Positions 1 through 10,774 of a DNA stretch of 64,000 nt are shown piece by piece (the first letter of the stretch is position 1; every line of letters begins with the position of its first letter). Source of the DNA: an uncultured Chloroflexia bacterium (lineage in GTDB: Bacteria > Chloroflexota > Limnocylindria > Limnocylindrales > CSP1-4); NCBI GenBank assembly GCA_963766735.1, contig CAVYBU010000007.1, positions 389,742-453,741 on the forward strand, given 5' to 3'. Below the pieces are notes generated by a model. It was given only the letters and a program-made list of their open reading frames with translations, was not told the origin of the DNA and ran no database searches. The translations under genes and the position numbers were made by a program.

Positions 1-1118
1 ACCGGTGTCGGATGCGGCTGGCGTCGCGCTCCAGAGCAAGGTCGATCACGCGCCGGCACACGGAGGCGAAGTCATAGCCGGCCGCGGCCGGGAGGGTCGG
101 AAAGAGGCTGATCGGGGTGAACCCGGGGATCGTGTTGATCTCCGAGATCACCAGCGCGTCGCCGGCGAGCAGGAAGTCGACCCGCGCAAAACCCTCGGCA
201 CCGATTGCCCGGTACGCGTCGCGGGCCAGCTTGAGGATGGACGCCCGCAGAGCCTGGGTCACCTCCGCCACCTGGCTCGTCTCGGACATCCCCGGCGTGT
301 ACTTCGCCGCGTAGTCGTAGAACTCGTGACCGGACAGGATCTCGCCCGGCCCGTACAGCTCCAGCGCGTCGGGTTCATTGCCGATGACCGCGACCTCCAG
401 GTCCCGGGCGCCGGCGAGGTACCGCTCCACCAGGACCAGGTCGTCGAACCGGAAGGCCTGGTCGAGGGCGCCCGCCCGCTCGTCAGCCGTGTGGGCGAGG
501 GTCATCCCGAGCGAGCTGCCCAGGCGCGACGGCTTGACCATGAGCCGCGGGTCGTGCGTTGCGACGGCGAACGCGGCGAGCTCCGCCAGCACCTCGTCGG
601 GCGCCTGTGCCCAGCGCGACGCCCGCACCTCAACCCAGTCCACGACCGGCAGGCCGAGACCACGGACCAGGCGCTTGAAGATCGCCTTGTCCATGCCGAG
701 TGCGCTGGCCGCGACCCCCGACCCGGTATACGGAAGACCCGCGGCCTCGCACATGGCCTGGACCGTCCCGTCCTCACCGAACGGCCCGTGGAGAGCGAGG
801 AACACGACCGGCCGGTGCCCGTCACCGGACGCCACCAGCTCGGCCAGGGCCGTGGCGGCGGGCTGCGGCCCAGCGGCTCCGAGCGCGATCGGCTCGTCGT
901 AGGTGGCGGGCGGCCGGCCGTGGCGCCGGTGGTCTGCCGGGAGCCGCCACCAGCCGCCGCCGAGATCGATCAGCCACTGCGTCACGGGGTAGCCCGAGGC
1001 CTCCAGCGCGTCCGCGATCGCCGTCCCCGAGACGATCGACACGTCGTGCTCGGCCGACGGACCGCCGTACACCACGACCACGGGAGTCTCGGCAGGGACG
1101 TGACCCAGCGGCGGCACG
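1..1118 (-). CDS. ddl: D-alanine--D-alanine ligase (partial; 3' end runs off window start)
   Basis: Minus-strand translation from ATG at 1118: MPVPPLGHVPAETPVVVVYGGPSAEHDVSIVSG..., the classic Ddl N-terminus. The reading frame stays open to position 1. It sits directly downstream of murB. Confidence 0.8.
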
Positions 1119-1122
1119 GGCA

Positions 1123-2100
1123 TCAGGCAGTCTCCTCTGGCGGCCAGGCGGACCAGTCGCCCGCGAACTCGATCTCGAACGCGAGATCGATCCCGTGGCG
1201 CTCGCGGACCTCGCGGCGAACGTGCTCCGCGAGGGCCCGGACATCGGCCGCCGTCCCCTTGCGGTCGTTGACGATGAAGTTGGCGTGCTTCTCGGACACC
1301 ACCGCACCGCCGATCCGGTGGCCCTTGAGCCCGAGGATATCGATCAACCGGCCGGCGGAGTCGCCCGGCGGGTTCCGGAAGACGCTGCCGGCTGACGGGA
1401 TCCCGAGCGGCTGGTGCTCGCGGCGCCACCGCCGGATCTCGTCCAGCCGCGCCCGGATCTCGTCCGGGTCGGCCGGGCGCAGGTGGAACACGGCGCCCAG
1501 GACGATCTCCGCTGGCCCGGCATCGCCGGCGGGACCACTCGCGACGGCGTCCTTGAACCGGCTGTGGCGGTACGAGAGGCCAAGCTCATCGACCGGCATC
1601 TCGCGCTCCGAGCCATCGCCCATGAGGACGGTCGCCGATTCCAGCACGCCCGCCGTGTCGCTGCCGTGTGCCCCGGCGTTGGCCCACACCGCGCCGCCGA
1701 CCGTGCCCGGGATCGCGAGGCCGTACTCCAGCCCGGCCAGGCCCGCCCCCTGCGTCTCCGTGGCGGCCCGCGCCATCGGAACGCCGGCCTCGGCGTGGTA
1801 CCGCTCCCCATCCACCCGCGACGCCTCGGCCTTCACGTGGATCACGAGGCCCCGCAGTCCCGCGTCCGAGATCACCAGGTTGCTGCCCCGCCCCAGGATC
1901 GCGAACGGAATCTCACGAGCGCGCGCGTACCTGACCAGGGCCCGCAACTCGAACGCGTTGTGCGCCACCGTGAACAGGTCGGCCGGACCACCCACCCGCA
2001 TCGTGGTGAAGCGGGCCAGCGGCTCGTCCCGGACGGTCTTGACGCCGATGCGGCGCTGGATCTCCGTGCCGGAGGCGAACGGGTCGAACGCGGCGGTCAC
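1123..2100 (-). CDS. murB: UDP-N-acetylenolpyruvoylglucosamine reductase
   Basis: 325 aa ORF. FAD-binding MurB-like sequence (FTTMRVGGPADLF... GRGSNLV). Position between murG and ddl. Confidence 0.85.
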   Translation of the reverse strand: MTAAFDPFASGTEIQRRIGVKTVRDEPLARFTTMRVGGPADLFTVAHNAFELRALVRYARAREIPFAILGRGSNLVISDAGLRGLVIHVKAEASRVDGERYHAEAGVPMARAATETQGAGLAGLEYGLAIPGTVGGAVWANAGAHGSDTAGVLESATVLMGDGSEREMPVDELGLSYRHSRFKDAVASGPAGDAGPAEIVLGAVFHLRPADPDEIRARLDEIRRWRREHQPLGIPSAGSVFRNPPGDSAGRLIDILGLKGHRIGGAVVSEKHANFIVNDRKGTAADVRALAEHVRREVRERHGIDLAFEIEFAGDWSAWPPEETA

Positions 2101-3245
2101 GTCCTGCTCCCGCGCGCGGCAGCGTCAACATCGGCCTGGGCCGGCAGCGCCGAGCGGAGGGCGACCGCCATGACCAGGTCCCCAACGGCGGCGGCGGCGG
2201 CCGGTCTGGCCGCATCTCGGGCCGCGGCGGACATCAGCGCGTGGCGCGAGGGATCGGCCAGCAGCCCTGCGACGTCGACCAGGCGATCCGCGTCGAACTC
2301 CTCATCCTCGATCAGGACGGCCGCGCCCGTTTCCGCGTACGCCTCCGCGTTGCGACGCTGGTGCCCCGCCGCGTGCGGGTACGGGACGATCGCGGTCGGC
2401 AGCGCGAACGCCGCCGCCTCCGCCAGCGTGGACGCCCCGGCTCTGCCGACCGCCAGGTCCGCGGCGGCGAGCGCATCGGTCATCTCGTCGTGGAGGAACG
2501 CGAACGGCCGGTAGCGGTCCTGCAGGTCCACCGGCAGCTCCTCCCGTGCCGCGATCGCCGGTCCGTACCCGGCGTCGCCGGTCACGTGCACCACGCGGAC
2601 GCGCTCCACCAGCCGCGGCAGCGCCGCCAGGACCGCCTCGTTGATCCGGCGCACGGCCTGTGACCCGCCGAACACCAGCAGGATGCGCTCGCCCGGACCA
2701 CCCCCGAAACGGGCCCGCGCGGCGTCCACGTCCACACCCCCCAGGGAGCGGATCGGCGTGCCGGTCACGTAGGTCCGGGGATGGCCGAGCGCCCCGGCCG
2801 TCTCCGGATGGCTGACGGCGACGACCGTGGCCCACCCCGCGACGAGGCGGACGCTCCGGCCCGGGACCACGTTCCCATCCCACAGCACGGTCGGGATCCG
2901 CAGGAACCGGGCCGCCAGCATCGTCGGGATGGCCACGTAGCCGCCGGTGGTGAAGACCGCGGCCGGGCGCCGTGTGAGCAGCAGGATCAGGGCCTGCGGG
3001 ATCGACAGGGCGAGGCGGATTGGGTCCAGCACGAGGTGCGCGTCGCGACCCACGGACCGGAGCGAGCGCAGGACGAGCCGGCGGAGCGGGATCCCGGCCC
3101 CGGGGACGATCGTCCCCTCCAGGCCGCGATGACCGCCGAGCCAGGCGAGGTCAGGCGCGCCGGCTCGAGCGCGGAGCGACCGGGCGACGGCGAGGGCCGG
3201 GTAGATGTGACCGCCCGTTCCCCCGCCCGCGATCAGCAGGCGCAT
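2097..3245 (-). CDS. murG: UDP-GlcNAc:lipid I GlcNAc transferase
   Basis: MRLLIAGGGTGGHIYPALAVA motif. Start moved to ATG 3245 (RBS AAGGA upstream) inside the longer 2097..3308 ORF. 4-nt overlap with murB. Confidence 0.85.
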   Translation of the reverse strand: MRLLIAGGGTGGHIYPALAVARSLRARAGAPDLAWLGGHRGLEGTIVPGAGIPLRRLVLRSLRSVGRDAHLVLDPIRLALSIPQALILLLTRRPAAVFTTGGYVAIPTMLAARFLRIPTVLWDGNVVPGRSVRLVAGWATVVAVSHPETAGALGHPRTYVTGTPIRSLGGVDVDAARARFGGGPGERILLVFGGSQAVRRINEAVLAALPRLVERVRVVHVTGDAGYGPAIAAREELPVDLQDRYRPFAFLHDEMTDALAAADLAVGRAGASTLAEAAAFALPTAIVPYPHAAGHQRRNAEAYAETGAAVLIEDEEFDADRLVDVAGLLADPSRHALMSAAARDAARPAAAAAVGDLVMAVALRSALPAQADVDAAARGSRT

Positions 3246-4425
3246 CGTTCCAGGTTCCTTTCTCGACGGTCTCTCGCGATATGGAGAGCAGGATGCCCAC
3301 GGCGGCAAAGCTGACGATCAGCGAGGAACCGCCGGCCGAGACGAACGGCAGCGGGATGCCCGTGACGGGGATCAGCCCCACCACGACGCCGATGTTGATG
3401 AAGGCCTGGATGCAGATCCAGGCAGTGATCCCTGCGGCCAGCAGGGCTCCGAACGTGTCCGGTGCCCCCAGCGACGTGCGGATGCCGAGATACCCGACGG
3501 TCAGGAACAGGACGATCACCAGCCCGCCGCCAAGCAGGCCAAACTCCTCGCCGATGATCGCGAAGATGAAGTCGTTGGAGGCGTTGGGCAGGAACAGGCC
3601 GCCCGCCAGACGGCTCTCACCAAGGCCCGCCCCCAGGAGGCCGCCCAGCGCCAGCGCCAGGTAGCCCTGGATGCTGTGGAACCCGAGACCAGACGGGGAT
3701 TTCCATGGGTCCAGCCAGGCCGTGATCCGGTCCACCTGGTAGCCCTGCAGGAACATGGCGGCCACGAGCGGCACCGCGGCGACCGCCATCGCGACCAGGT
3801 GGAGCACGTTCGCGCCGGCCAGGAAGAACATCGTGAAGGCCGTGAACGCGAGCACGGACGACGTGCCGAGGTCCGGCTCCAGGAGGACCATGACGACGAC
3901 TGGCGCGACGATCACGAGGAACGGCACCGTGCCTGACCAGAACCCGTGGACCGCGCTCCCCCGCTTGGCGAACCAGTGGGCGAGGTAGATCACCAGGGCC
4001 AGCTTCATGAACTCGGCCGGGTGGACGGCCGGCAGCGGGCCGATCTTGAGCCATCTCGCCGATCCACCGATGACGACGTTGAGCGCCGGGACGAAGACGA
4101 GGATGAGACCGACGATGGCGATCAGGAACAACGGGACGGAGGCCACTCGGAGCCAGCGGTAGTCCACCCTCATCATCACGACCATCGCCACCATGCCGAT
4201 CGCCGCCCACAGGATCTGGGGTCCGACGATCGCGAATGTGTCCGCCTCCTTGGACAGGAAAGCCTTCATCGCCGACGACGAATAGACCATCAGGATCCCG
4301 ATAGCCGCCAGGGCGACGACCGCGACGACGATCCCGTACTCGGGTTCGTGCCGCTCGCGCTGGAGGGTGTCCTTCGGCCGTGACCGGGTGATCGTGCGCG
4401 GGATCGACAGGGGCGTCGTGCTCAT
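3151..4425 (-). CDS. ftsW: lipid II flippase / SEDS family cell division protein
   Basis: 424 aa polytopic membrane protein with the FtsW/RodA signature. Sits between murD and murG. The C-terminal tail overlaps the murG start. Confidence 0.8.
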   Translation of the reverse strand: MSTTPLSIPRTITRSRPKDTLQRERHEPEYGIVVAVVALAAIGILMVYSSSAMKAFLSKEADTFAIVGPQILWAAIGMVAMVVMMRVDYRWLRVASVPLFLIAIVGLILVFVPALNVVIGGSARWLKIGPLPAVHPAEFMKLALVIYLAHWFAKRGSAVHGFWSGTVPFLVIVAPVVVMVLLEPDLGTSSVLAFTAFTMFFLAGANVLHLVAMAVAAVPLVAAMFLQGYQVDRITAWLDPWKSPSGLGFHSIQGYLALALGGLLGAGLGESRLAGGLFLPNASNDFIFAIIGEEFGLLGGGLVIVLFLTVGYLGIRTSLGAPDTFGALLAAGITAWICIQAFINIGVVVGLIPVTGIPLPFVSAGGSSLIVSFAAVGILLSISRETVEKGTWNDAPADRGRGNGRSHLPGPRRRPVAPRSSRRA

Positions 4426-5996
4426 GCGGGTCCTCCGGCACCGGGTTCGCGACCCGCGAGGTGAGCGACCGCGGCAATGAACGCGCGGCCCCGTGCCGCG
4501 TAGTCCTCGAACATGTCGAACGACGCGGCCGCCGGGCTCAGGAGCACGGTGGCGACGGTCCCCTCAGGAGATCCCGCCAGGGCATCGCGGGCCAGCTCGG
4601 CAGCGACCGCCACGGCCTCGTCCATGGACGCGGCCCGCCGGGTACGCGCCAGACCGGCCGCGCGGAGGAGGCCCTCGATCATCGGGCCGCTCTCGCCGAT
4701 GAGCACGGCTGCGTGGGCGCTCACGGCGGCGACCCGCGCCATCCCGGAGAGGTCCACGCCCTTGTCGCGGCCACCAGCGATCAGCACCACCGGGGCCGGG
4801 AACGCCCGCAGCGCCGCCATCACCGCGTCGGGCTGCGTTCCCTGCGAGTCGTCGACGAAGCGGACACCGTCCAGGAGCGCCACGGGCTGGAGCCGGTGCT
4901 CCACGCCGGTGAAGGCGGCAGCCGAGCGCCGTATGGCATCTGGGGCAACGCCAAACAGCAGGCCCACGGCGATGGCCGCCAGCGCGTTGGACACGTTGTG
5001 GCGCCCTGGGATGCCCAGCTCGTCCACGGGCATGATCCCGCCGCCCGGACCGGTGGCTGCCGTCCCGCCGCCGGCCAGCGGCAGTCGCTCCACGGCAGCG
5101 GACACGATCCACCCCTCCACCACACCCAGACCGCCCGGCAGCGGCCGATCGTGCCGGTACAGCACGATCGGGGCCGTCCCGAGCCCCGCGTAGCCGCCAA
5201 CCACCGGGTCCTCGATGTTGAGCACGAGCGCGCCATCCGGGTCCACCAGCTCCGCCAGGCGCCGCTTGACCCGCCGATAGGCGTCCACGTTCCCATGCCG
5301 GTCCAGGTGATCCGACGTCACGTTGGTGTAGACCGCCACGGTGGTGCCGCGGGAGAGCGCCGGCAGCTGCAGCTCGGACAGCTCGACCACCACGCGGTGA
5401 TCCGGGGTGAGCTCCGGCAGCCGCTCCACCAGCGGAATGCCGATGTTCCCGCCCAGGAGCGCCGGGTGGAGTGGGTCCGCAGACAGGATCGCGTGCGCGA
5501 GCGAGGACGTCGTGGTCTTGCCCTTGGTCCCCGTCACGCCGATTGTCGGGGCCGGGCACAGACGCAGGAACAGGTCGGACTCCGAGACCAGCGGCGGAGC
5601 GCCGGGGTCGCCCGAGGCATGCGCGGCAACCAGAGCCTGCAGCTGCGAGCGCAGGCGCGGCTCCGTGGTCGGGTAGTCGGGGGTGATCGAAGGCGAGGTG
5701 GCAACGAGGTGGGCGCCGGCCCAGGTGGTCCCGGGGTCAATGCCCGGGCCCAGCCGCAGCGTCACGTCGCGCCCGGCCAGCTGTTCGATCGCACGCCCCA
5801 GGTCATCCTCGGGCCTGCCGTCGTACACGGTCACGCGGGCACCTGCGTCCGCGAAGAACCGCGCCAGCGCTATCCCGCTGCGGGCCAGCCCCAGCACGGT
5901 GACCGGGCGCCCATCGAAGGCACCGGCACGAACGTCGGCCAGCGTCAGGGCGTCGAGGTCGAGATGGCGCACCGCGCCGGCCTCAGTTGAGCGCAC
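4422..5996 (-). CDS. murD: UDP-N-acetylmuramoylalanine--D-glutamate ligase
   Basis: Mur ligase with GVTGTKGKTTT P-loop and a TVLGLARSG N-terminal Rossmann fold. Start taken as GTG 5996, overlapping the mraY stop by 11 nt. The 533-aa ORF extends further upstream. Confidence 0.75.
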   Translation of the reverse strand: MRSTEAGAVRHLDLDALTLADVRAGAFDGRPVTVLGLARSGIALARFFADAGARVTVYDGRPEDDLGRAIEQLAGRDVTLRLGPGIDPGTTWAGAHLVATSPSITPDYPTTEPRLRSQLQALVAAHASGDPGAPPLVSESDLFLRLCPAPTIGVTGTKGKTTTSSLAHAILSADPLHPALLGGNIGIPLVERLPELTPDHRVVVELSELQLPALSRGTTVAVYTNVTSDHLDRHGNVDAYRRVKRRLAELVDPDGALVLNIEDPVVGGYAGLGTAPIVLYRHDRPLPGGLGVVEGWIVSAAVERLPLAGGGTAATGPGGGIMPVDELGIPGRHNVSNALAAIAVGLLFGVAPDAIRRSAAAFTGVEHRLQPVALLDGVRFVDDSQGTQPDAVMAALRAFPAPVVLIAGGRDKGVDLSGMARVAAVSAHAAVLIGESGPMIEGLLRAAGLARTRRAASMDEAVAVAAELARDALAGSPEGTVATVLLSPAAASFDMFEDYAARGRAFIAAVAHLAGREPGAGGPA

Positions 5997-6963
5997 GGAT
6001 GGAAGCCATGAACAGCGTGACACCCATGAGCCCCGCCAGGATGCCCACGATCCAGAACCGGAGCGTGATCTTCTCCTCGTCCCAGCCGCCCAGCTCGAAG
6101 TGGTGGTGGAGGGGCGCCATCCTGAACACGCGCTTCCCGCCCGAGAGCTTGAAGTAGCCGATCTGGATGATGTCCGACATCGTCTCGACGACGAAGATGA
6201 GACCGATGATCGGCAGGACGAGGATCTGGCCCGTGATGAGCGCGATGACGGCCAGGGTCGCCCCGAGCGAGAGCGATCCCGAGTCCCCCATGAACACCTG
6301 GGCCGGGTGGACGTTGAACCACAGGAACCCGAGCAGCGCGCCGATGATCAGGGCGCACAGGAAGGCCAGGTTCGGCTGGGCCGGCACATTGAGCAGCGCG
6401 ATGATCATGAACGACACGAAGGCGAAGGCGAGCGTCCCGCCGGCCAGCCCATCGAGGCCGTCCGTGATGTTCACGCCGTTCGACGCCGCCACGATCGCGA
6501 ACGCCGCGAAGAAGACGTAGACGACGGGGTCGATCCCGACGTCGCCGATGAACGGGACGCGGATCGCGGTGATCTGGTACGTGCTCTGGATCTGGAACGC
6601 GACCACGAGCGCCACCACGGACTGCCACAGCAGCTTCTGCCGGGCGCGGATCCCCTCGCCGGTCCGGGCGTTGAGGTAGTCGTCCGCGGCGCCCAGGAGG
6701 GCGACCAGAGCCAGCGTCGCAAGCGGCGCGATGACGCCGCCCTCGACTGGCCAGCGCAGGAGCAGGAAGATGCCGAGAACCACCGCGATGACCAGGAGGC
6801 CACCCATGGTGGGCGTTCCCCGCTTCACCATGTGGCTCTGCGGGCCCTCCTCCCGGATCTGCTTCGCGAAGCCGAAGTGCTGGAGCAGCCGGATGTAGGG
6901 CGGCATCAGGATCACGACCAGCGCGAACGCCAGCAGCAGGCCCTGGATCAGCTCCAGCGTCAC
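5983..6963 (-). CDS. mraY: phospho-N-acetylmuramoyl-pentapeptide transferase
   Basis: 326 aa. N-terminus MTLELIQGLLLAF... Polytopic membrane protein. GTGA overlap with the murF stop. Confidence 0.9.
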   Translation of the reverse strand: MTLELIQGLLLAFALVVILMPPYIRLLQHFGFAKQIREEGPQSHMVKRGTPTMGGLLVIAVVLGIFLLLRWPVEGGVIAPLATLALVALLGAADDYLNARTGEGIRARQKLLWQSVVALVVAFQIQSTYQITAIRVPFIGDVGIDPVVYVFFAAFAIVAASNGVNITDGLDGLAGGTLAFAFVSFMIIALLNVPAQPNLAFLCALIIGALLGFLWFNVHPAQVFMGDSGSLSLGATLAVIALITGQILVLPIIGLIFVVETMSDIIQIGYFKLSGGKRVFRMAPLHHHFELGGWDEEKITLRFWIVGILAGLMGVTLFMASIRALN

Positions 6964-8525
6964 GCGCCTGCCTCCGGACCGCCCAGGGCCGCCACCAGGC
7001 CGTCGACCACGCGCTCCAGCTCCACGCCGCGCGACGCCTTGACCAGCACGATGTCGCCGGGGACGAGCCGGGGACGCAGGACCTCCACGGCGGCAGCCGC
7101 ATCCGGGACCGCGAGGATTCGATCCTCGGCCAGCCCTGCGGACCGTGCCCCCACAACGATCTCTGCGGCCGCGCCGCCGGATTCACCGTCCACGACGACC
7201 AACAGGTCGAGCACTTTGCCCGCAGCCTCGCCGACCTCGCGATGGCCGGCGTCATGGACCGACCCGAGCTCCCGCAGCTCGCCCAGCACGGCGATGCGGC
7301 GACCGGGCAGCCCGGCGATCAGCTCCAGGGCCGCCCGCACGGAGCCGGGTGCCGCGTTGTAGGAGTCGTCCACGATCACCACACCCGCGGCCCGGATCAC
7401 AACAGACCGGTGCGGAGCCGTGGAGGGGGCCGCCAGGCCCGGCACCACCTCGTCCAGGCCCATCCCGGCAGCCAGGCCCGCAGCGACGGCCGCCAGGCCG
7501 TTGTGGACCGCGAGCCGCCCCAGGGCCCCGATCGAGACCTGCCGCGACCCATCGGGCGTCACCAGCCGGAAGCGCATGCCATCGAACCCGGCGGACACAA
7601 CGTCGGCCGCGCGGACGTCCGCGGCGGGCGTGAAGCCGTACGTGACCACGCGAGCGCGGGTGCGTCCGGCCATGCCCAGCACGAGTGTGTCATCGGCGTT
7701 GAGGATCGCGATCCCGCCGTCGGCAGCGGCCGGCAGCGCTTCGAGCAGCTCGGCCTTCGCGTCCACGATGGCGTCGATGGACCCGATCCGGGACAGGTGG
7801 ACGGGCTGGATCGCGGTCACGATGCCGATGGACGGCAGCCCGATATCAGCCAGGTCGCGGATCTCGCCCCCGGTGTACATGCCCATCTCGAGGACCGCGG
7901 CGCCATGCTGAGGCCCCAGGCGGAGCACTGTCAGCGGCAGGCCCACCTCGTTGTTCTGGTTGCCCTCGGTCCGCAACGTCGGGAACCGGCGGGACAGCAC
8001 GCCAGCCACCGCTTCCTTGGTGGAGGTCTTGGCGATGCTGCCCGTGACACCGACGACGAGCGGGTCGAAGCGGCGGCGCCACGACGCCGCCACCGCGTGG
8101 AGCGCACGAAGCGGGTCGGTCACCTGGATCACGGTGACGTCGCCCAGCGACTCGAGCGTGGGTTCGCCTGCTCCGATGTCCGGCTTGCGACCCACCAGGA
8201 GAGCGACGGCCCCGGCCGCGACCGCAGCACCCAGGTACCGGTGCCCGTCGGTCCGCTCGCCCGGGAGCGCCACGAACAGGGTCCCCGGCATCACCAGGCG
8301 CGAGTCGACAGCGCCACCGCGCGCGGTTCGCCCACTCCGAAGCAGCAGCCGCCCGCCCGTGGACGCAAGCAGGTCATCGGCCGACAGCGACGGGCCGGCG
8401 TCGGGCGCGCCGGGGACCGCGGGGGTCGTCGCAGAAGCATCGCCACGGTGGCGATCGGGAGGGTCGGGAACGGGCGACCGTCCGGGTTTCGTCACGTCCG
8501 CGAGTGTCGCACAGGCGGCGGTCAC
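6960..8525 (-). CDS. murF: UDP-MurNAc-tripeptide--D-alanyl-D-alanine ligase
   Basis: MPGTLFVALPGERTDGHRYLG and VGVTGS.AKTSTKE motifs. Start taken as GTG overlapping the ftsI stop (GTGA). An N-terminal alternative start is possible. The 744-aa ORF 6960..9194 is an over-extension. Confidence 0.75.
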   Translation of the reverse strand: MTAACATLADVTKPGRSPVPDPPDRHRGDASATTPAVPGAPDAGPSLSADDLLASTGGRLLLRSGRTARGGAVDSRLVMPGTLFVALPGERTDGHRYLGAAVAAGAVALLVGRKPDIGAGEPTLESLGDVTVIQVTDPLRALHAVAASWRRRFDPLVVGVTGSIAKTSTKEAVAGVLSRRFPTLRTEGNQNNEVGLPLTVLRLGPQHGAAVLEMGMYTGGEIRDLADIGLPSIGIVTAIQPVHLSRIGSIDAIVDAKAELLEALPAAADGGIAILNADDTLVLGMAGRTRARVVTYGFTPAADVRAADVVSAGFDGMRFRLVTPDGSRQVSIGALGRLAVHNGLAAVAAGLAAGMGLDEVVPGLAAPSTAPHRSVVIRAAGVVIVDDSYNAAPGSVRAALELIAGLPGRRIAVLGELRELGSVHDAGHREVGEAAGKVLDLLVVVDGESGGAAAEIVVGARSAGLAEDRILAVPDAAAAVEVLRPRLVPGDIVLVKASRGVELERVVDGLVAALGGPEAGA

Positions 8526-10372
8526 GGCTCGGCCGTGGCGACGGGCATGTCGACCTGCTCGCCGGGGGCTTCGACCTGCCCCTCGGGAAGGAGGTACGGC
8601 GTGTTGATCGCGTTGTGGGCGATCCGACGGAACAGCTCGAACGACATGACCGGCATCTCGAGGTGGCCCAGGCGGACCACGGTCGGGGTGCCTTCCTCGA
8701 TCCGCACCGCCACGACCAGGTCCGGGTGCCCAGCCGCCCGGCCGATGTACCCGACGAACGAGTAGTTGAACCGGTTGACCTTCCAGGCACCCTTCTCCGA
8801 GTCCCAGATCTGCGCGGTGCCGGTCTTGCCGCCGACCTCGAAGCCCGGGACGAGGGTTCGGGTGCGGTAGAAGCCCACCTCGGTCACGACGTGGTTCATG
8901 AGCTTCTGGAGAGTCGCGGACAGCTTGGCGCTGAGAACGCGCCCGTGGCTGATGGGCATGCTCTCGGTCTCGCCGACCGACTTGACCACGCGGGGCTGGA
9001 CGAGAGTCCCGCCATTCACCATTGCCGCGAAGGCCTGGGCCAGCTGGATCGGCGTCACGGCGACACCCTGTCCGAAGGCGCCGTTGGCGATGTCGATCTG
9101 CCGCCACGGTCGAGTGGCCGGGTCGTTGACGATGCCCGGTACCTCGTTCGCGACGTCGATGCCGGTGGCCGCCCCGAACCCGAGCTCGCGCCATTCCCGA
9201 TACAGCCGCTCCGACGCCTTGGCGGTCGTCTTGCCCAGCTTCAGCCCCACCTTCGCCAAGACGACGTTGCGCGAATAGGCGATGGCATCCTCGAACGTCA
9301 TCCAGCCCATCGCCTTGTGGTCGGCATCGTCCACGCGCGCCCGGCCCTTGTCGAGCCTGAGGGTGCCCGTGTCCTTGAGCTTGGTCTTGATGGTGACCAC
9401 ACCGTCCTGGAGGGCCGCGGCGGCCGTCATCATCTTGAACACCGACCCCGGCTCGTAGACCGTGGACACGATCGGGTCGATGAACCTGCCCGGATCCTCC
9501 GCGGCGATCGCCTGGTACTGGTTGGCGTCGTACGAGGGGTAGCTGGCGTAGGCATACACCTCGCCGGTGTAGGGATCGATCACCACTGCCGAGACCCGCT
9601 TGGCGCGGTCCGCGATCCAGGTGGCCAGCAGCTCCTGCTCCACCGCGACCTGCAGCGTGGCATCGATGCTGAGCGTCAGGTCCTGGCCCGGGTAGCCGGT
9701 CTCCAGCACCACCGAGGTGTCCGGGACCACGTTGCCACTGGTGTCCTTCTGGGCGGCGACCAGCGTCGGCAGCCCGGCCAGCTCGTCCTGGTAGAACTGC
9801 TCAATCCCATACTGACCGGCGCCCTCGCGATTGACGAAGCCCAGCAGGTGGGCCGCCAGCGTCGTCTCCGGTCCCCCACCCGGCTGCGGCGAGAGCCGCA
9901 CCTGCTCGGGCTCGAGAAGCAGGCCCGAGAGCGCCGGGTCCTTGCCGATGCTCGCCGCGCGGATCCGGTCCGAGGTATCCGGGCCCAGGCCGCGGGCCAG
10001 CACGGTGTAGTCCTTCTCGGACGTCATCCGGCCGGTGAGGGTGGCGGCCGCGTCGTCGGTGAGGCCCAGTATCTTCACGAGGTTCGCGGCCACCTGCGCC
10101 CGGCGTTGGGGTGTGAGGCGACTCGGGTTCGCCGCAAGGCGGTCGCGGCTGATGCTCGTGGCCAGCACCACGGTGCCGGTCCGGTCGTAGATCGAGCCCC
10201 GGCTTGCCGGAATCTCGTACGTCATCGACGACTGCTTGACCGCCATCGCGGCGAGGTCGTCACGCCGGACGACCTGCCAGTACGCGAGGCGCACGCCGAG
10301 GCTCCCCGCGACGAGCACGAGGGCGACGAGGAACGCGAGTGCGCGTCCGCGGGAGTCTGTCCGGCCGAGCAT
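8522..10372 (-). CDS. ftsI: class B penicillin-binding protein / septal transpeptidase
   Basis: 616 aa. N-terminal membrane anchor, PBP dimerisation and transpeptidase domains (SVFK, SRN, KTGT motifs). Confidence 0.85.
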   Translation of the reverse strand: MLGRTDSRGRALAFLVALVLVAGSLGVRLAYWQVVRRDDLAAMAVKQSSMTYEIPASRGSIYDRTGTVVLATSISRDRLAANPSRLTPQRRAQVAANLVKILGLTDDAAATLTGRMTSEKDYTVLARGLGPDTSDRIRAASIGKDPALSGLLLEPEQVRLSPQPGGGPETTLAAHLLGFVNREGAGQYGIEQFYQDELAGLPTLVAAQKDTSGNVVPDTSVVLETGYPGQDLTLSIDATLQVAVEQELLATWIADRAKRVSAVVIDPYTGEVYAYASYPSYDANQYQAIAAEDPGRFIDPIVSTVYEPGSVFKMMTAAAALQDGVVTIKTKLKDTGTLRLDKGRARVDDADHKAMGWMTFEDAIAYSRNVVLAKVGLKLGKTTAKASERLYREWRELGFGAATGIDVANEVPGIVNDPATRPWRQIDIANGAFGQGVAVTPIQLAQAFAAMVNGGTLVQPRVVKSVGETESMPISHGRVLSAKLSATLQKLMNHVVTEVGFYRTRTLVPGFEVGGKTGTAQIWDSEKGAWKVNRFNYSFVGYIGRAAGHPDLVVAVRIEEGTPTVVRLGHLEMPVMSFELFRRIAHNAINTPYLLPEGQVEAPGEQVDMPVATAEP

Positions 10373-10387
10373 GGGGATGATGCGCGC

Positions 10388-10771
10388 CTAGGGAGCGCTG
10401 ACGATGACGGGCTCGGGCAATGGCCCGAAGCCAGCCCCGATGGCCAGCTTCCGGACCGCGGGCGCCTTGCCCAGCCGGTTGAGCTCGTTGCGCAGGTCCT
10501 GGGCGCGCGCCTCCATACGCATCTGCTGAGTGGCGAGCCGATCCATCTCGTAGCCGGTTGCGGACACGCGGATGTCCTGCGAGAGAGAGAAGAACGCCCC
10601 GGCAAAGGCGATGACGATCGCCGACAGCAGGAGGGCCATGCGAGAGGGGCCTCGACGGGCGCGGACGGCCGCGCGCGCACGACGGCGGGGCAGCGCCGGC
10701 GTCGCAATCTCGACGCGCGGGCGGCGGGGCAGGACGACCGTGCGCTGGCGCGCACCCTGGTAGACGGCCAT
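10388..10771 (-). CDS. ftsL: FtsL-like cell division membrane protein
   Basis: 127 aa, single transmembrane helix (LLLSAIVIAFAGAFF) followed by a coiled-coil. Position between rsmH and ftsI. Confidence 0.55.
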   Translation of the reverse strand: MAVYQGARQRTVVLPRRPRVEIATPALPRRRARAAVRARRGPSRMALLLSAIVIAFAGAFFSLSQDIRVSATGYEMDRLATQQMRMEARAQDLRNELNRLGKAPAVRKLAIGAGFGPLPEPVIVSAP

Positions 10772-10774
10772 CGC

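Noticed and set aside
5-2173. 722-aa plus-strand ORF (and many other long plus-strand ORFs at 378-1395, 1414-2514, 4461-5990, 5683-7362, 8504-11707, 10801-12510)
   Set aside because: Arg/Pro/Gly-rich translations typical of antisense reading in 70% GC DNA. The opposite strand encodes the conserved ddl, murB, murD, mraY, ftsI and rsmH genes.
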